Source: an uncultured Clostridia bacterium (GTDB lineage: Bacteria > Bacillota > Clostridia > Monoglobales > Monoglobaceae). From it: DNA of 64,000 nucleotides. Numbering within the stretch: position 1 is the first letter of the stretch; every line of letters begins with the position of its first letter. The stretch lies in assembly GCA_947625905.1 (NCBI GenBank), contig CANQQJ010000007.1:18714-82713 (forward strand), written 5' to 3'. Positions 7,641 through 17,133 of the stretch are shown piece after piece. The notes under the pieces were generated by a model. The model ran no database searches. It saw only the letters and a list, made by a program, of their open reading frames with translations, and had not been told where the DNA came from. Made by a program: the position numbers and the translations under genes.

Positions 7641-8834
7641 ATGGTTACACTCGATAAAATCTACCACGGCGCGCACGTGCTTAAGCAGGTGCTGCGCCCG
7701 ACCGAGCTGATACGCGCGACCAGAATGTGCCCCGACTGCAATCTCTATCTCAAAAACGAGAATTTGCAGGTGACGGGCTCGTTTAAGGTGCGCGGCGCGT
7801 ATTACAAAATTTCTCAATTGACCGACGAGGAAAAGGCAAAGGGCGTTATCGCCTGCTCGGCGGGCAACCACGCGCAGGGAGTGGCCCTGGCGGCGTCCAT
7901 GCACGGAATAAAAGCAACGATATGTATTCCCGACGGCGCTCCGATATCCAAGGTCGAGGCCACAAAGAGCTACGGCGCGGACGTAGTTCTGGTGAAGGGC
8001 GTTTATGACGACGCCTACGAGAAGGCGCTGCAAATGGTCGAGGAGACGGGCGCCACGTTTATCCACCCGTTTAATGACGAAAAGGTTATCGCGGGCCAGG
8101 GCTCGATAGGCCTTGAGATAATCGACCAGCTTGACGATGTGGACGCGGTCGTTGTTCCCGTGGGCGGCGGCGGACTTATATCCGGAGTGGCGTTCACGCT
8201 CAAGTCGCTCAATCCCGACATCAAAGTGTACGGCGTGCAGGCCGAGGGCGCCCCGTCAATGAAAGCCTCTATAAATGACGACAAGATCGAGACCCTTAAC
8301 GGGGTCCACACCATCGCCGACGGAATCGCGGTGAAAACTCCGGGCGATCTGACGTTTGATATATGCAAAAACTACGTTGACGATATCGTGACAGTCTCGG
8401 ACGACGAGATCTCAACGGCGATATTAGAGCTTATCGAGCGAGAAAAGGTCATAGCCGAGGGCGCGGGAGCCGCGTCGGTCGCCGCGATAATGTTTGACAA
8501 GCTGCCCACCAAGGGCAAAAACGTGGTGGCTCTGGTTTCGGGCGGCAACATAGACGTGACTATCCTTTCGAGAGTTATAAACCGCGGCCTTCAGATGACG
8601 GGCCGCCTGACCGAGCTGGTTATCGAGCTCACCGACAAGCCGGGACAGCTGCTGACCGTGTCGGAGATAATCGCGTCGTACGGCGCGAACGTTGTGGAGC
8701 TCGACCATAACAGAGGCGACAGCCACATTGACATCAATGACTGTATTCTCAGAATATCGGTCGAAACCAGAAACCGCGACCATCTCAACGAGATAATAAA
8801 CGCCCTGACAAAGAGCGGATTTAAATTAAGATAA
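7641..8834 (+). CDS. ilvA: Threonine ammonia-lyase with C-terminal ACT domain
   Basis: KNENLQVTGSFKVRGA PLP-lysine motif, SAGNHAQG, VGGGGL; C-terminal DKPGQL ACT. Confidence 0.9.
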   Translation: MVTLDKIYHGAHVLKQVLRPTELIRATRMCPDCNLYLKNENLQVTGSFKVRGAYYKISQLTDEEKAKGVIACSAGNHAQGVALAASMHGIKATICIPDGAPISKVEATKSYGADVVLVKGVYDDAYEKALQMVEETGATFIHPFNDEKVIAGQGSIGLEIIDQLDDVDAVVVPVGGGGLISGVAFTLKSLNPDIKVYGVQAEGAPSMKASINDDKIETLNGVHTIADGIAVKTPGDLTFDICKNYVDDIVTVSDDEISTAILELIEREKVIAEGAGAASVAAIMFDKLPTKGKNVVALVSGGNIDVTILSRVINRGLQMTGRLTELVIELTDKPGQLLTVSEIIASYGANVVELDHNRGDSHIDINDCILRISVETRNRDHLNEIINALTKSGFKLR

Positions 8835-8856
8835 TCTATTATACGGAGGTAATATT

Positions 8857-9228
8857 ATGGAAAAGATACACACCAACGGCGCTCCCGAGGCCATAGGCCC
8901 CTACTCACAAGCCGTCAAGATCGGCGGCACGGTCTACACCTCGGGCCAGATAGCGATAAACCCCGCTGCGGGAAGCATTGAAGCCGACGACATCAAAGGC
9001 CAGACCCGGCAGGTCATGGAAAACCTGACCGCGGTGCTTGAGGCGGCGGGATCGTCCTGCGATAAGGCGCTCAAGACCACCTGCTTTTTGGCGGATATAA
9101 ACGACTTTGCCGAATTCAATGAGATATACGGCGAGTATTTCACATCAAAGCCCGCCCGTTCCTGCGTGGCCGTCAAGGCTCTGCCCAAGGGCGCGCTGGT
9201 CGAGGTCGAGGTCATAGCGGCGGTATAG
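8857..9228 (+). CDS. ridA: RidA-family enamine/imine deaminase
   Basis: APEAIGPYSQA, SGQI, PARSCV, LPKGALVEVE; adjacent to ilvA. Confidence 0.9.
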   Translation: MEKIHTNGAPEAIGPYSQAVKIGGTVYTSGQIAINPAAGSIEADDIKGQTRQVMENLTAVLEAAGSSCDKALKTTCFLADINDFAEFNEIYGEYFTSKPARSCVAVKALPKGALVEVEVIAAV

Positions 9229-9230
9229 CT

Positions 9231-9959
9231 GTGAGCAGGCGAAAAAGGCTCTCGGCGGTCGACTGTATCCGCGCCGCCGCGATAATAAGCATGATATTAT
9301 ACCACGGATTTTGGGATCTGTGCTCGCTCGGCTTTCTGCAGGGCGGCCTTATCGGCTCTCTCTCCGCGGTCATTTGGCAGCGCAGCATAGCGTTCACGTT
9401 TATCGCCGTGTCGGGCTTTTGCTTTTCGCTGGGCAAAAAGCCGATAAAAAACGGTATAATTCTGTTCCTGCTCGGCGCGGGCATATCGGCCGCGACCGCT
9501 GTTTTTATGCCCCAAAACATAATATTATTCGGGATACTGACATTTTTGGGCAGCGCGGCGCTCGTGACCGCGCTGCTTGATTTCACCCTTAAAAAAATCA
9601 GCCCGTACATCGGGCTGATCTTATCGCTTGTTTTGTTTGTTTTGGCGTTTGACATAAACGCGGGGCATATCGCGGGGCTGCCGCTGCCCGCGGCGCTTTA
9701 CACAAACTGCATAACCGCGTTTTTCGGGTTCCCGCCCCGGGACTTTTTCTCGGTCGACTACTTCCCGCTCTTTCCGTGGCTGTTTTTGTACCTCGCGGGG
9801 TATTACCTTTTTAAATTATGTAAAAGATCGAACCTTCTGCGCTTTCTAAGAAAGCCCGACATAAGACCGCTGACGTTTATCGGCAGACATTCGCTTGTTA
9901 TATATCTTGCGCATCAGCCGATCATCTACGGGATATTATGCCTGATACCGCGCCTGTAG
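9231..9959 (+). CDS. DUF1624 / HGSNAT-like membrane acyltransferase-family protein
   Basis: RLSAVDCIRAAAI...MILYH, DYFPLFPW, GRHSLVIYLAHQP. Confidence 0.75.
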   Translation: MSRRKRLSAVDCIRAAAIISMILYHGFWDLCSLGFLQGGLIGSLSAVIWQRSIAFTFIAVSGFCFSLGKKPIKNGIILFLLGAGISAATAVFMPQNIILFGILTFLGSAALVTALLDFTLKKISPYIGLILSLVLFVLAFDINAGHIAGLPLPAALYTNCITAFFGFPPRDFFSVDYFPLFPWLFLYLAGYYLFKLCKRSNLLRFLRKPDIRPLTFIGRHSLVIYLAHQPIIYGILCLIPRL

Positions 9960-9970
9960 CCGAACGCTTT

Positions 9971-11263
9971 TTATTCAAAAGCCTGCTCGAGGTCCGCTAT
10001 TATGTCGTCAACGCTTTCGGTTCCGATAGAGAGCCTGATCGTGTTGGGATTGATGCCCTGATCGAGCAGCTCCTCGGCGGTCAGCTGCGAGTGGGTGGTG
10101 CTGGCAGGATGTATAACCAGCGACTTGACGTCGGCCACATTGGCCAGCAGCGAGAATATCTGCAGTCTGTCGATAAAGTCGCGCGCATCCTTTTCGCCGC
10201 CGTCTATGTCGAACGTAAATATCGAGCCTCCGCCGTTCGGGAAATACTTTTTGTAAAGCTCGTGGTCGGGATGATCGGGCAGCGACGGATGATTGACCTT
10301 CAAAACCTTGGGATGATTGCTCAGATACTCAACGACCTTTTTGGTGTTTTCGGCGTGGCGCTCAACTCTGAGAGACAAAGTCTCAAGACCCTGGAGCAGC
10401 AGGAACGCGCTGAACGGCGCCAGCGTGGCTCCGGTGTCGCGGAGCAGTATGGCGCGTATCTTTGTCACAAACGCCGCCTCTCCGACGGCCTTTGTGAACG
10501 AAATGCCGTGGTAGCTGGGATTCGGCTCGGTCAGCGACGGGAACTTTCCGCTCGCTTCCCAGTCAAATTTTCCGCTGTCAACTATAACGCCGCCGAGCGT
10601 GGTGCCGTGGCCGCCTATAAACTTTGTGGCCGAATGGACAACTATGTCAGCGCCGTGCTCGATCGGGCGGATAAGATAAGGCGTGCCGAAGGTGTTGTCT
10701 ATAACCAGCGGTATCTTGTTTGCGTGCGCTATCTCGGCAACCGCGTCGATATCCGCGATATCGCTGTTGGGGTTGCCCAAAGTCTCGATAAATATCGCCT
10801 TTGTATTGGGCCTGATCGCGTTTTTAACTTCATCAAGATCATGTATGTTGACAAAAGTGGTGTCAACTCCGTACTGCGGCAGAGTGTGCGCCAGCAGGTT
10901 ATAGGTTCCGCCGTATATGGTCTTTTGCGAGACTATATGGTCGCCCGCCTGCGCCAGGTTCTGTATCGTGTAGGTGATGGCCGCAGCGCCCGATGCCGTG
11001 GCAAGCGCCGCGACTCCGCCCTCAAGCGCTGCGATCCTGCGCTCGAAAACGTCCTGCGTCGAGTTTGTCAGTCTGCCGTAGATATTGCCGGGATCGGCAA
11101 GTCCGAAGCGCGCCGCCGCGTGGTCCGAATTTTTGAAAACGTACGATGTGGTCTGATAGATCGGAACCGCTCTCGCGTCGCTGGCGGGATCGGGGCTTTC
11201 CTGTCCGATATGCAGCTGCTTTGTTTCAAATCCCCATTTTGATGTATCTTTTATATTTGCCAT
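9971..11263 (-). CDS. metY: O-acetylhomoserine aminocarboxypropyltransferase (sulfhydrylase)
   Basis: PIYQTTSY, IYGRLTN, HSATKFIGGHG PLP motif, LANVADVKSL, HPASTTH. Confidence 0.92.
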   Translation of the reverse strand: MANIKDTSKWGFETKQLHIGQESPDPASDARAVPIYQTTSYVFKNSDHAAARFGLADPGNIYGRLTNSTQDVFERRIAALEGGVAALATASGAAAITYTIQNLAQAGDHIVSQKTIYGGTYNLLAHTLPQYGVDTTFVNIHDLDEVKNAIRPNTKAIFIETLGNPNSDIADIDAVAEIAHANKIPLVIDNTFGTPYLIRPIEHGADIVVHSATKFIGGHGTTLGGVIVDSGKFDWEASGKFPSLTEPNPSYHGISFTKAVGEAAFVTKIRAILLRDTGATLAPFSAFLLLQGLETLSLRVERHAENTKKVVEYLSNHPKVLKVNHPSLPDHPDHELYKKYFPNGGGSIFTFDIDGGEKDARDFIDRLQIFSLLANVADVKSLVIHPASTTHSQLTAEELLDQGINPNTIRLSIGTESVDDIIADLEQAFE

Positions 11264-11330
11264 AATAATTATCTCCTTCTTAAATATATTTTATTTTAAT
11301 AAAAATTTTCAAACCGGCTTGCTCGCGGCC

Positions 11331-11399
11331 TCACATTCGCCCGAACCTCCAATTGAATCTGAGAAGCTTTGTAAACAGTCTCACATATTCTTGTATCAT
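11331..11399 (-). CDS. Candidate 22-aa leader or small protein MIQEYVRLFTKLLRFNWRFGRM
   Basis: AAGGAGAAAACC-ATG strong RBS; lies between the promoter/operator and metY. Confidence 0.5.
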   Translation of the reverse strand: MIQEYVRLFTKLLRFNWRFGRM

Positions 11400-11419
11400 G
11401 GTTTTCTCCTTTTGTCACT

Positions 11420-11474
11420 ATTCCTATAGATTTAGTATGTTTTAGATAATAGCACATAATAATATGTTTGTCAA
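11420..11474 (-). promoter_or_regulatory. metY promoter (TTGACA-17-TATTAT) with a CymR-like box over the start site
   Basis: -35 at 11474-11469; TG-extended -10 at 11451-11446; box AAAACATACTAAATCTATAGGAAT at 11443-11420. Confidence 0.7.
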
Positions 11475-11594
11475 GGACTTTTTTTAAATTTTTTTATTTT
11501 TTTTTGCAAAAAATTGGCGATAAGCCCTTGAATCCTATAAATCCTATGGTATAATAGTATATTAGTAGATAAATTTTTGATAGGGGTGATATAA

Positions 11595-12032
11595 TTGAAG
11601 ATTTCAACAAAAGGCAGATACGCGGTCAGGATGCTCCTGGATATGGCAGAGCACACAGACGACGGATTTATTTCACTTAAGGACATAGCGGAGCGCCAGG
11701 GGATTTCAAAAAAATATCTGGAGCAAATCATATCCCTATTCAACAACACGGGAATTCTGCGCTCGAGCAGAGGCTTTAAGGGCGGATACAAGCTGTCGAG
11801 GCAGCCTTCCGAATACACCGTCGGTGAGATACTCAGGATAACCGAGGGCAGCATTGCCCCGATCGCCTGCCTTGATCAAAAGCCCAATCAATGCGAGAGG
11901 CAGGCCTCGTGCAAGACTTTGTTCGTCTGGGAGGGGCTGAGAGACGTGATCGCCGAGTATCTGGACGGTATAACCATTCAGGACATCATTGACCGAAGCC
12001 GCGAATACTCCGGCCACGATTATGTGATATGA
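11595..12032 (+). CDS. Rrf2-family transcriptional regulator (three-Cys type)
   Basis: MKISTKGRYAVR, SKKYLEQI, RGFKGGY, C-x7-C-x5-C; TTG start; divergent from metY. Confidence 0.92.
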   Translation: MKISTKGRYAVRMLLDMAEHTDDGFISLKDIAERQGISKKYLEQIISLFNNTGILRSSRGFKGGYKLSRQPSEYTVGEILRITEGSIAPIACLDQKPNQCERQASCKTLFVWEGLRDVIAEYLDGITIQDIIDRSREYSGHDYVI

Positions 12033-12061
12033 GCTGATATTATTCATATTCGATTATTTGT

Positions 12062-12089
12062 AACAAATTTTCATACCCGCCATAGAATA
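12062..12089 (+). promoter_or_regulatory. Possible mother-cell (SigK/SigE-type) promoter
   Basis: AACA, 15 nt, CATAGAATA upstream of the Cys-rich gene. Confidence 0.4.
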
Positions 12090-12133
12090 TATTGAAAGCG
12101 GCAAAGGCCGCGAAATATTCAGGAGGTTTGATT

Positions 12134-13069
12134 ATGAGTTATAAAAATACTTACGGCAGACAAAACGGCTGCGGCTGCGGCTGTGACTGTGACAACGACG
12201 CCAATGTTGACGCGGCGGGCATCGCCGAGGACTGCGCCGCGGAAGCGGCCGACACAGGCGAAAGGCGCCGCGAGGATTTCTCGGATCCCATATGCGTCAG
12301 CGCAAAGAAGATCTACGACTCGTGCAGAGAGAGAAACTGCGTCGCGGATTCGAGAGTGTTTTTCACCGCCGAGAACCAGCAGCTCATTGAGGACGCGATA
12401 AACGTTAAGCTCAAAAAGGCTGAGATCATCTGGGTGTATACCGATATCGAGCCTCTGCTCTATAACTCGGGCTACTACTCGATAGACATAAAATTCTTTA
12501 TCGACGTCACTCTCGAGGTGTTCACCTGTCTGGGCGCTCCCGAAGAGATACACGGCCTCACAACCTACGACAAGCGCATAATCCTCTATGGCAGCGAGGG
12601 CAGGACCAAGACGTTCACCTCGACCATGCAGCCCGGCGAGGAGATCGAGAGCGTCAGAAAGTCCACCAACATGCCAACCGTCACGGTCGAGGCTGTCGAT
12701 CCCATAGCTCTCGGCGCAAAGCTGGTTGACAAGGAGAACTCCTGCGGATGCTGCAGCGCCGCCGCTATACCCGAGAACATCTGCTCCTGCTACGGCGACG
12801 ATCTTGTGGTCGACGACGACGCAAGACAGGTGCAGGTAAGCTTCGGCTTGTTCACGATCGCCAGAATTGAGAGAGACGTCTCGCTGATGATCGACGCGGT
12901 CGACTTCTGCGTTCCCGAAAAGGTCTGCGCCGCGGCGGGCGACGACGATCCCTGCGATCTGTTCAACACTATCCGCTTCCCGCTTGACGAGTTCTTCCCG
13001 CCCGCGGGCGATAACACGACAGGCGATCCCTACTGTGAGGGCTCGGGCTGCGGCTGCGGCTGCAAATAA
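12134..13069 (+). CDS. Cysteine-rich acidic protein, probable spore coat/exosporium component
   Basis: Start MSYKNTY at 12134 after AGGAGG; GCGCGC tracts at both ends; KIYDSCRERNC core; CATA-N3-TA promoter element. Confidence 0.55.
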   Translation: MSYKNTYGRQNGCGCGCDCDNDANVDAAGIAEDCAAEAADTGERRREDFSDPICVSAKKIYDSCRERNCVADSRVFFTAENQQLIEDAINVKLKKAEIIWVYTDIEPLLYNSGYYSIDIKFFIDVTLEVFTCLGAPEEIHGLTTYDKRIILYGSEGRTKTFTSTMQPGEEIESVRKSTNMPTVTVEAVDPIALGAKLVDKENSCGCCSAAAIPENICSCYGDDLVVDDDARQVQVSFGLFTIARIERDVSLMIDAVDFCVPEKVCAAAGDDDPCDLFNTIRFPLDEFFPPAGDNTTGDPYCEGSGCGCGCK

Positions 13070-13084
13070 CACTAAATACCATAA

Positions 13085-13113
13085 AAAATATGGCGCGAAA
13101 AGCGCCATATTTT
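13085..13113. terminator. Bidirectional terminator between convergent genes
   Basis: AAAATATGGCGC-GAAAA-GCGCCATATTTT. Confidence 0.8.
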
Positions 13114-13116
13114 AGC

Positions 13117-13335
13117 TTATCTGCTGCTTTCTTTAAGCTGGTACCTGGACAGGATGCGCTCACGGAAAAAGAACGTGATCGACCATATGGCGCCCAGACT
13201 GACCAGCGTGTAAATAATACGGCTGATTATGCTCATGCTTCCGAAGATGAACGAAACCAGGTTAAAGTCGAACAGGCCGACAAGACCCCAGTTGAGACCG
13301 CCGATTATTAACAATATCAAAGCTAATATATCCAT
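13117..13335 (-). CDS. DUF378 (YuzA-like) small membrane protein
   Basis: ALILLIIGGLNWGLVGLFDFNLV signature; start MDILAL at 13335 after AAGGAG. Confidence 0.85.
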   Translation of the reverse strand: MDILALILLIIGGLNWGLVGLFDFNLVSFIFGSMSIISRIIYTLVSLGAIWSITFFFRERILSRYQLKESSR

Positions 13336-13371
13336 AACGTCAAAGTCTCCTTTTAATTTTGGATTCACAAC

Positions 13372-13400
13372 TATTATGCCCGACCGCGGATTTTATATTC
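13372..13400 (-). promoter_or_regulatory. SigG-type forespore promoter for the DUF378 gene
   Basis: GAATA-N17-CATAATA on minus. Confidence 0.6.
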
Positions 13401-13504
13401 AAAAATTCTATTTCCGATATTTTAGTATTTTTTGATTTAAAAATTTTGCTTGAAAACAGATATTGATTTATGTTAAAATAGTAAATCGGACAGGAGTGAA
13501 ACAA

Positions 13505-15262
13505 ATGTGGAAATACATACGGCCGTACCTGCCTTACGCGGTGTTCGCGGCGCTCTGCATGGTGGGCGAGGTCTCGATGGACCTGCTGCAGCCCGACATA
13601 ATGAGCCGCCTTGTGGACGACGGCGTTCTCGGGATTTCAAACGGCGGCGTCAGCGACCTTAACATGGTGCTTAGAATGGGCGCGGCGATGCTCGGCATCG
13701 CGCTTTTGGGCTGCGTTTTCGGCTCGACCAACAACGTTTTTGTGCAGTACGCGGGCCAGAGCGTGGGCAACGATATGCGCAAGGACTGCTTTAAAAACAT
13801 ACTGCGGTTCTCGTTCCCGCAGGTGGAGCGGTTCGGCACGGGCTCGCTTATCACCCGCGTCACCAACGACATAACGCAGGTGCAGGGCTTTGTGAGCATG
13901 TTTGTCCGCGGCCTTATCAGGACATCGCTGCTCACTATCGGAAGCGTGTTCTTTTTGTTCAAGCTCAACACCGCGTTCGGACTTATATCTCTGTGCGCGG
14001 CGCCGCTTGTTCTGCTTATAATCATAGTCTCGATACTTAAAACAAACCCGCTTTTCCCGAAGCTTCAGCAAAAGCTCGACAACATAAACTCGATCATGCA
14101 GGAGGATATCTCGGGCATACGCGTCATAAAGGCCTGCGTGCGCGAGGTTTACGAAAAAGTCCGCTTCGGCAAGGCCAACGACGAGCTGATAAAAACGCAG
14201 CTCAAAATTTTAATTATTTTCGCTTTTATGAGCCCGCTTATGAATATGCTGCTCTACGGCGCGATAGTGCTTATCCTGTATTCCGGAAACGCGCAGGTGA
14301 TGTCGGGCACGGCCAGCCCCGGCGCGGTCATGGCGGCGATAACATACGCGACGCAGCTCTTAAACGGAATACTTATGCTTGTAATGCTGTTTCAGACCAT
14401 ATCGCGCGGATACGCCTCGTGGAAAAGAGTGCGCGAGGTATTAAATTCCGAGCCCGACCTCAAGGACGGAGATTTTGACGGCAGAACCGAGCTTCGGGGA
14501 AGCGTCGAGTTTAAAGGCGTGTCGTTCGCTTTTCCGGACAGTGACAAAAACGTGCTCGACGGCATAAGCCTCAAGATAAACCCGGGCGAGACGATCGCGA
14601 TAATGGGCGCCACGGGCTGCGGCAAGACCTCGCTGGTGAGCCTGATACCCAGATTCTATGACACCGTAGAGGGCGCCGTTTTGGTTGACGGAGTTGACGT
14701 TAAAAAATACAACCAGACCGCGCTAAGACAAAAAATTTCGGTCGCTCTTCAGAAGAGCGAGCTTTTCAGCGCGCCGATAAAAGAAAACATCGCCTGGGGC
14801 AAGCCCGACGCGAGCGGCGATGAGATAATCGAGGCCGCCAAGATCGCGCAGGCTCACGATTTTATCATGAACACTCCGAACGGGTACGACACAATGGTGG
14901 CCGAGAGGGGCACAAGCCTCTCGGGAGGACAGAGGCAGCGCGTGGCGATCGCCAGGGCGGTGCTGAGCCCCGCCGAAATACTTATATTCGACGACGCGAC
15001 CAGCGCCCTTGACCTTAAAACCGAGGCCGATCTGTACGCTGCGCTTAAAAAGCACAGGCCCGACATGACAAAAATCATCGTTGTGCAGAGGATCGCGTCG
15101 GCTCGGTTCGCCGATCGGATCGCTGTTTTGGAGCACGGCGTGATCGCGGCATGCGGAAGCCATGAGGAACTTTTAAAAACATCCGGCACGTACCGCGACA
15201 TATACCGCTCGCAGATGTCGGACGAGGAAAGCGGGGTGAGCGCGGATGGCCGAGCAAATTAA
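13505..15262 (+). CDS. Heterodimeric ABC exporter subunit (degenerate-site half)
   Basis: TMD+NBD; GATGCGKT, LSGGQ, Walker B FDD (Asp replaces Glu), switch Gln (VVQR). Confidence 0.9.
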   Translation: MWKYIRPYLPYAVFAALCMVGEVSMDLLQPDIMSRLVDDGVLGISNGGVSDLNMVLRMGAAMLGIALLGCVFGSTNNVFVQYAGQSVGNDMRKDCFKNILRFSFPQVERFGTGSLITRVTNDITQVQGFVSMFVRGLIRTSLLTIGSVFFLFKLNTAFGLISLCAAPLVLLIIIVSILKTNPLFPKLQQKLDNINSIMQEDISGIRVIKACVREVYEKVRFGKANDELIKTQLKILIIFAFMSPLMNMLLYGAIVLILYSGNAQVMSGTASPGAVMAAITYATQLLNGILMLVMLFQTISRGYASWKRVREVLNSEPDLKDGDFDGRTELRGSVEFKGVSFAFPDSDKNVLDGISLKINPGETIAIMGATGCGKTSLVSLIPRFYDTVEGAVLVDGVDVKKYNQTALRQKISVALQKSELFSAPIKENIAWGKPDASGDEIIEAAKIAQAHDFIMNTPNGYDTMVAERGTSLSGGQRQRVAIARAVLSPAEILIFDDATSALDLKTEADLYAALKKHRPDMTKIIVVQRIASARFADRIAVLEHGVIAACGSHEELLKTSGTYRDIYRSQMSDEESGVSADGRAN

Positions 15263-17069
15263 AACCCAAAGAGTTGTGGTCGAGAAAAAGCTGCCCGGCA
15301 GGAACCGCGGCAACAGATTCGCCGAGGTCGAGCATGCCGACAATGTAGGCGCGACCTTAAAGAGAGTTTGGAAATACTTCGCGAAAGAAAAAGCCGTGGT
15401 TATATCCATGCTGGCGATAGTGGTACTGGGGACCCTTTGCGGCGTGTACGCGCCGAGCGTCCAGAGCCGCGCTATCGACATAATCGCGGGAGCCGCCGAG
15501 GGACGCCTGATAAAAACTCTGGCGCTGATGCTGAGCGTGTATCTTATATACAGCGTGTGCCAGCTGTTTCAGGGCATGCTCAGCGCGCGCCTGAGCCAGA
15601 GGATCGTCAGCCGCATGCGAGGCGAGCTGCTGAGCAAGATCGTCGACCTGCCTGTCAAATATCTCGACACCCACAGCCACGGCGATGTTATGAGCCGAAT
15701 GACAAACGATATAGAAAACATATCAAACACGGTCTCGCAGTCGCTGCCGTCGCTGTTTTCGGGAGTGCTGACCGTGACGGGCACGGCCGCGGTCATGCTG
15801 TGGTTCTGCACCCCTCTGGCGCTGCTCAGCTTTATAACGGTTATTTTGACATTCACGGCCACGAAATTTTTGTCAAAGCGGGTGCGCAAATTTTCGAGAG
15901 AGCGCCAGCGCCTGCTGGGCGAAATGAACGGCACGGTCGAGGAAATGATCGACGGCTACCGCTCGGTCGTGGCCTATAATCACCAGACCGCGACCGCGAA
16001 AAGCTTTACCGACACCTCGAACTCGCTGACCTCCGCGGGGATCAGGACCGAGGTTTTCAGCGGCGTTATGGGCCCGATAATGAACTGCATCGGAAATATC
16101 GGATTTGTGATAATAGCCGCCTTCGGCTGTCTGTTCGCGATAAAAGGCATGATCTCGGTAGGCGTTATCTCGGCGTTTATCATATACGCCAAGCAGTTCA
16201 GCCGCCCGATAAACGAGATCGCGCAGCTCTACGGCCAGCTGCAGACGGCGGTCGCGGGAGCCGAGCGAGTGTTCATCGTGCTCGACGAGCAGCCCGAGGA
16301 CATGAGCGGCGAGCCGATAGGCGAGATCGAGACCGCCGAGGTGGAGTTTAAAAACGTGAATTTCTCATACGAAAAGGGCAAGCCGGTTATCCGCGACTTC
16401 AGCCTCACGGTGCCGAGCGGCAAAAAAGTCGCGCTGGTCGGAGCGACGGGAAGCGGAAAGACCACTATCGTCAATCTGCTGATGCGCTTTTACGATATCG
16501 ACAGCGGCGAGATACTTATAAACGGCCGAAACATCGCAAATATGTCGCGCGGCTCGCTCAGAGAAAACGCGGCCATCGTGCTGCAGGACACGGTACTGTT
16601 CTCCGACACCATCGAAAACAACCTGAAATACGGAAATCCCGACGCGAACGATAATCTGATCGAATCGGCGATAGAGATGAGCCGCTGCCAAAGCATGATT
16701 CGCAGAATGAAGGGCGGGATCAAGGCCAAGCTCAAGGCGTCGGGCTCGAACATAAGCCAGGGTCAGAGGCAGCTGCTGGCGATCGCCAGAGCCTTTGTCA
16801 CAGACCCGAAGATACTGATACTGGACGAGGCCACCTCAAACGTTGACACCAGGACCGAAAAGGCTATACAGGACGCGATGCACACCGTTATGAAAAACCG
16901 AACGAGCATAATCATCGCCCACCGCCTTTCGACTATCCGCGACGCGGACATGATCGTGGTCATGGATCACGGAAGGATCGTGGAAAGCGGCACCCACGAC
17001 GAGCTGCTTAAACAAAACGGCAAGTACCGCGCTCTGTACATGACCCAGTTCGCGGGATTCGCCACATAA
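15246..17069 (+). CDS. Heterodimeric ABC exporter subunit (consensus catalytic half)
   Basis: GATGSGKT, ISQGQ, LDEATS, IAHR; overlaps the first subunit. Confidence 0.9.
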   Translation: MAEQIKTQRVVVEKKLPGRNRGNRFAEVEHADNVGATLKRVWKYFAKEKAVVISMLAIVVLGTLCGVYAPSVQSRAIDIIAGAAEGRLIKTLALMLSVYLIYSVCQLFQGMLSARLSQRIVSRMRGELLSKIVDLPVKYLDTHSHGDVMSRMTNDIENISNTVSQSLPSLFSGVLTVTGTAAVMLWFCTPLALLSFITVILTFTATKFLSKRVRKFSRERQRLLGEMNGTVEEMIDGYRSVVAYNHQTATAKSFTDTSNSLTSAGIRTEVFSGVMGPIMNCIGNIGFVIIAAFGCLFAIKGMISVGVISAFIIYAKQFSRPINEIAQLYGQLQTAVAGAERVFIVLDEQPEDMSGEPIGEIETAEVEFKNVNFSYEKGKPVIRDFSLTVPSGKKVALVGATGSGKTTIVNLLMRFYDIDSGEILINGRNIANMSRGSLRENAAIVLQDTVLFSDTIENNLKYGNPDANDNLIESAIEMSRCQSMIRRMKGGIKAKLKASGSNISQGQRQLLAIARAFVTDPKILILDEATSNVDTRTEKAIQDAMHTVMKNRTSIIIAHRLSTIRDADMIVVMDHGRIVESGTHDELLKQNGKYRALYMTQFAGFAT

Positions 17070-17076
17070 TATTTTC

Positions 17077-17105
17077 TTGACGCCCGATAAAGAATAAAGT
17101 ATAAT
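17077..17105 (+). promoter_or_regulatory. Sigma-A promoter
   Basis: TTGACG-N17-TATAAT. Confidence 0.75.
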
Positions 17106-17133
17106 AAATACAAATATATATGGAGGTAAGATC

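Noticed and set aside
11264-11470. SAM riboswitch or T-box upstream of metY
   Set aside because: No S-box core or T-box motif is visible, and the leader is too short.
13505-17069. Defective ATPase motifs in the ABC pair as pseudogenisation
   Set aside because: One degenerate and one consensus site is the established pattern for heterodimeric exporters.
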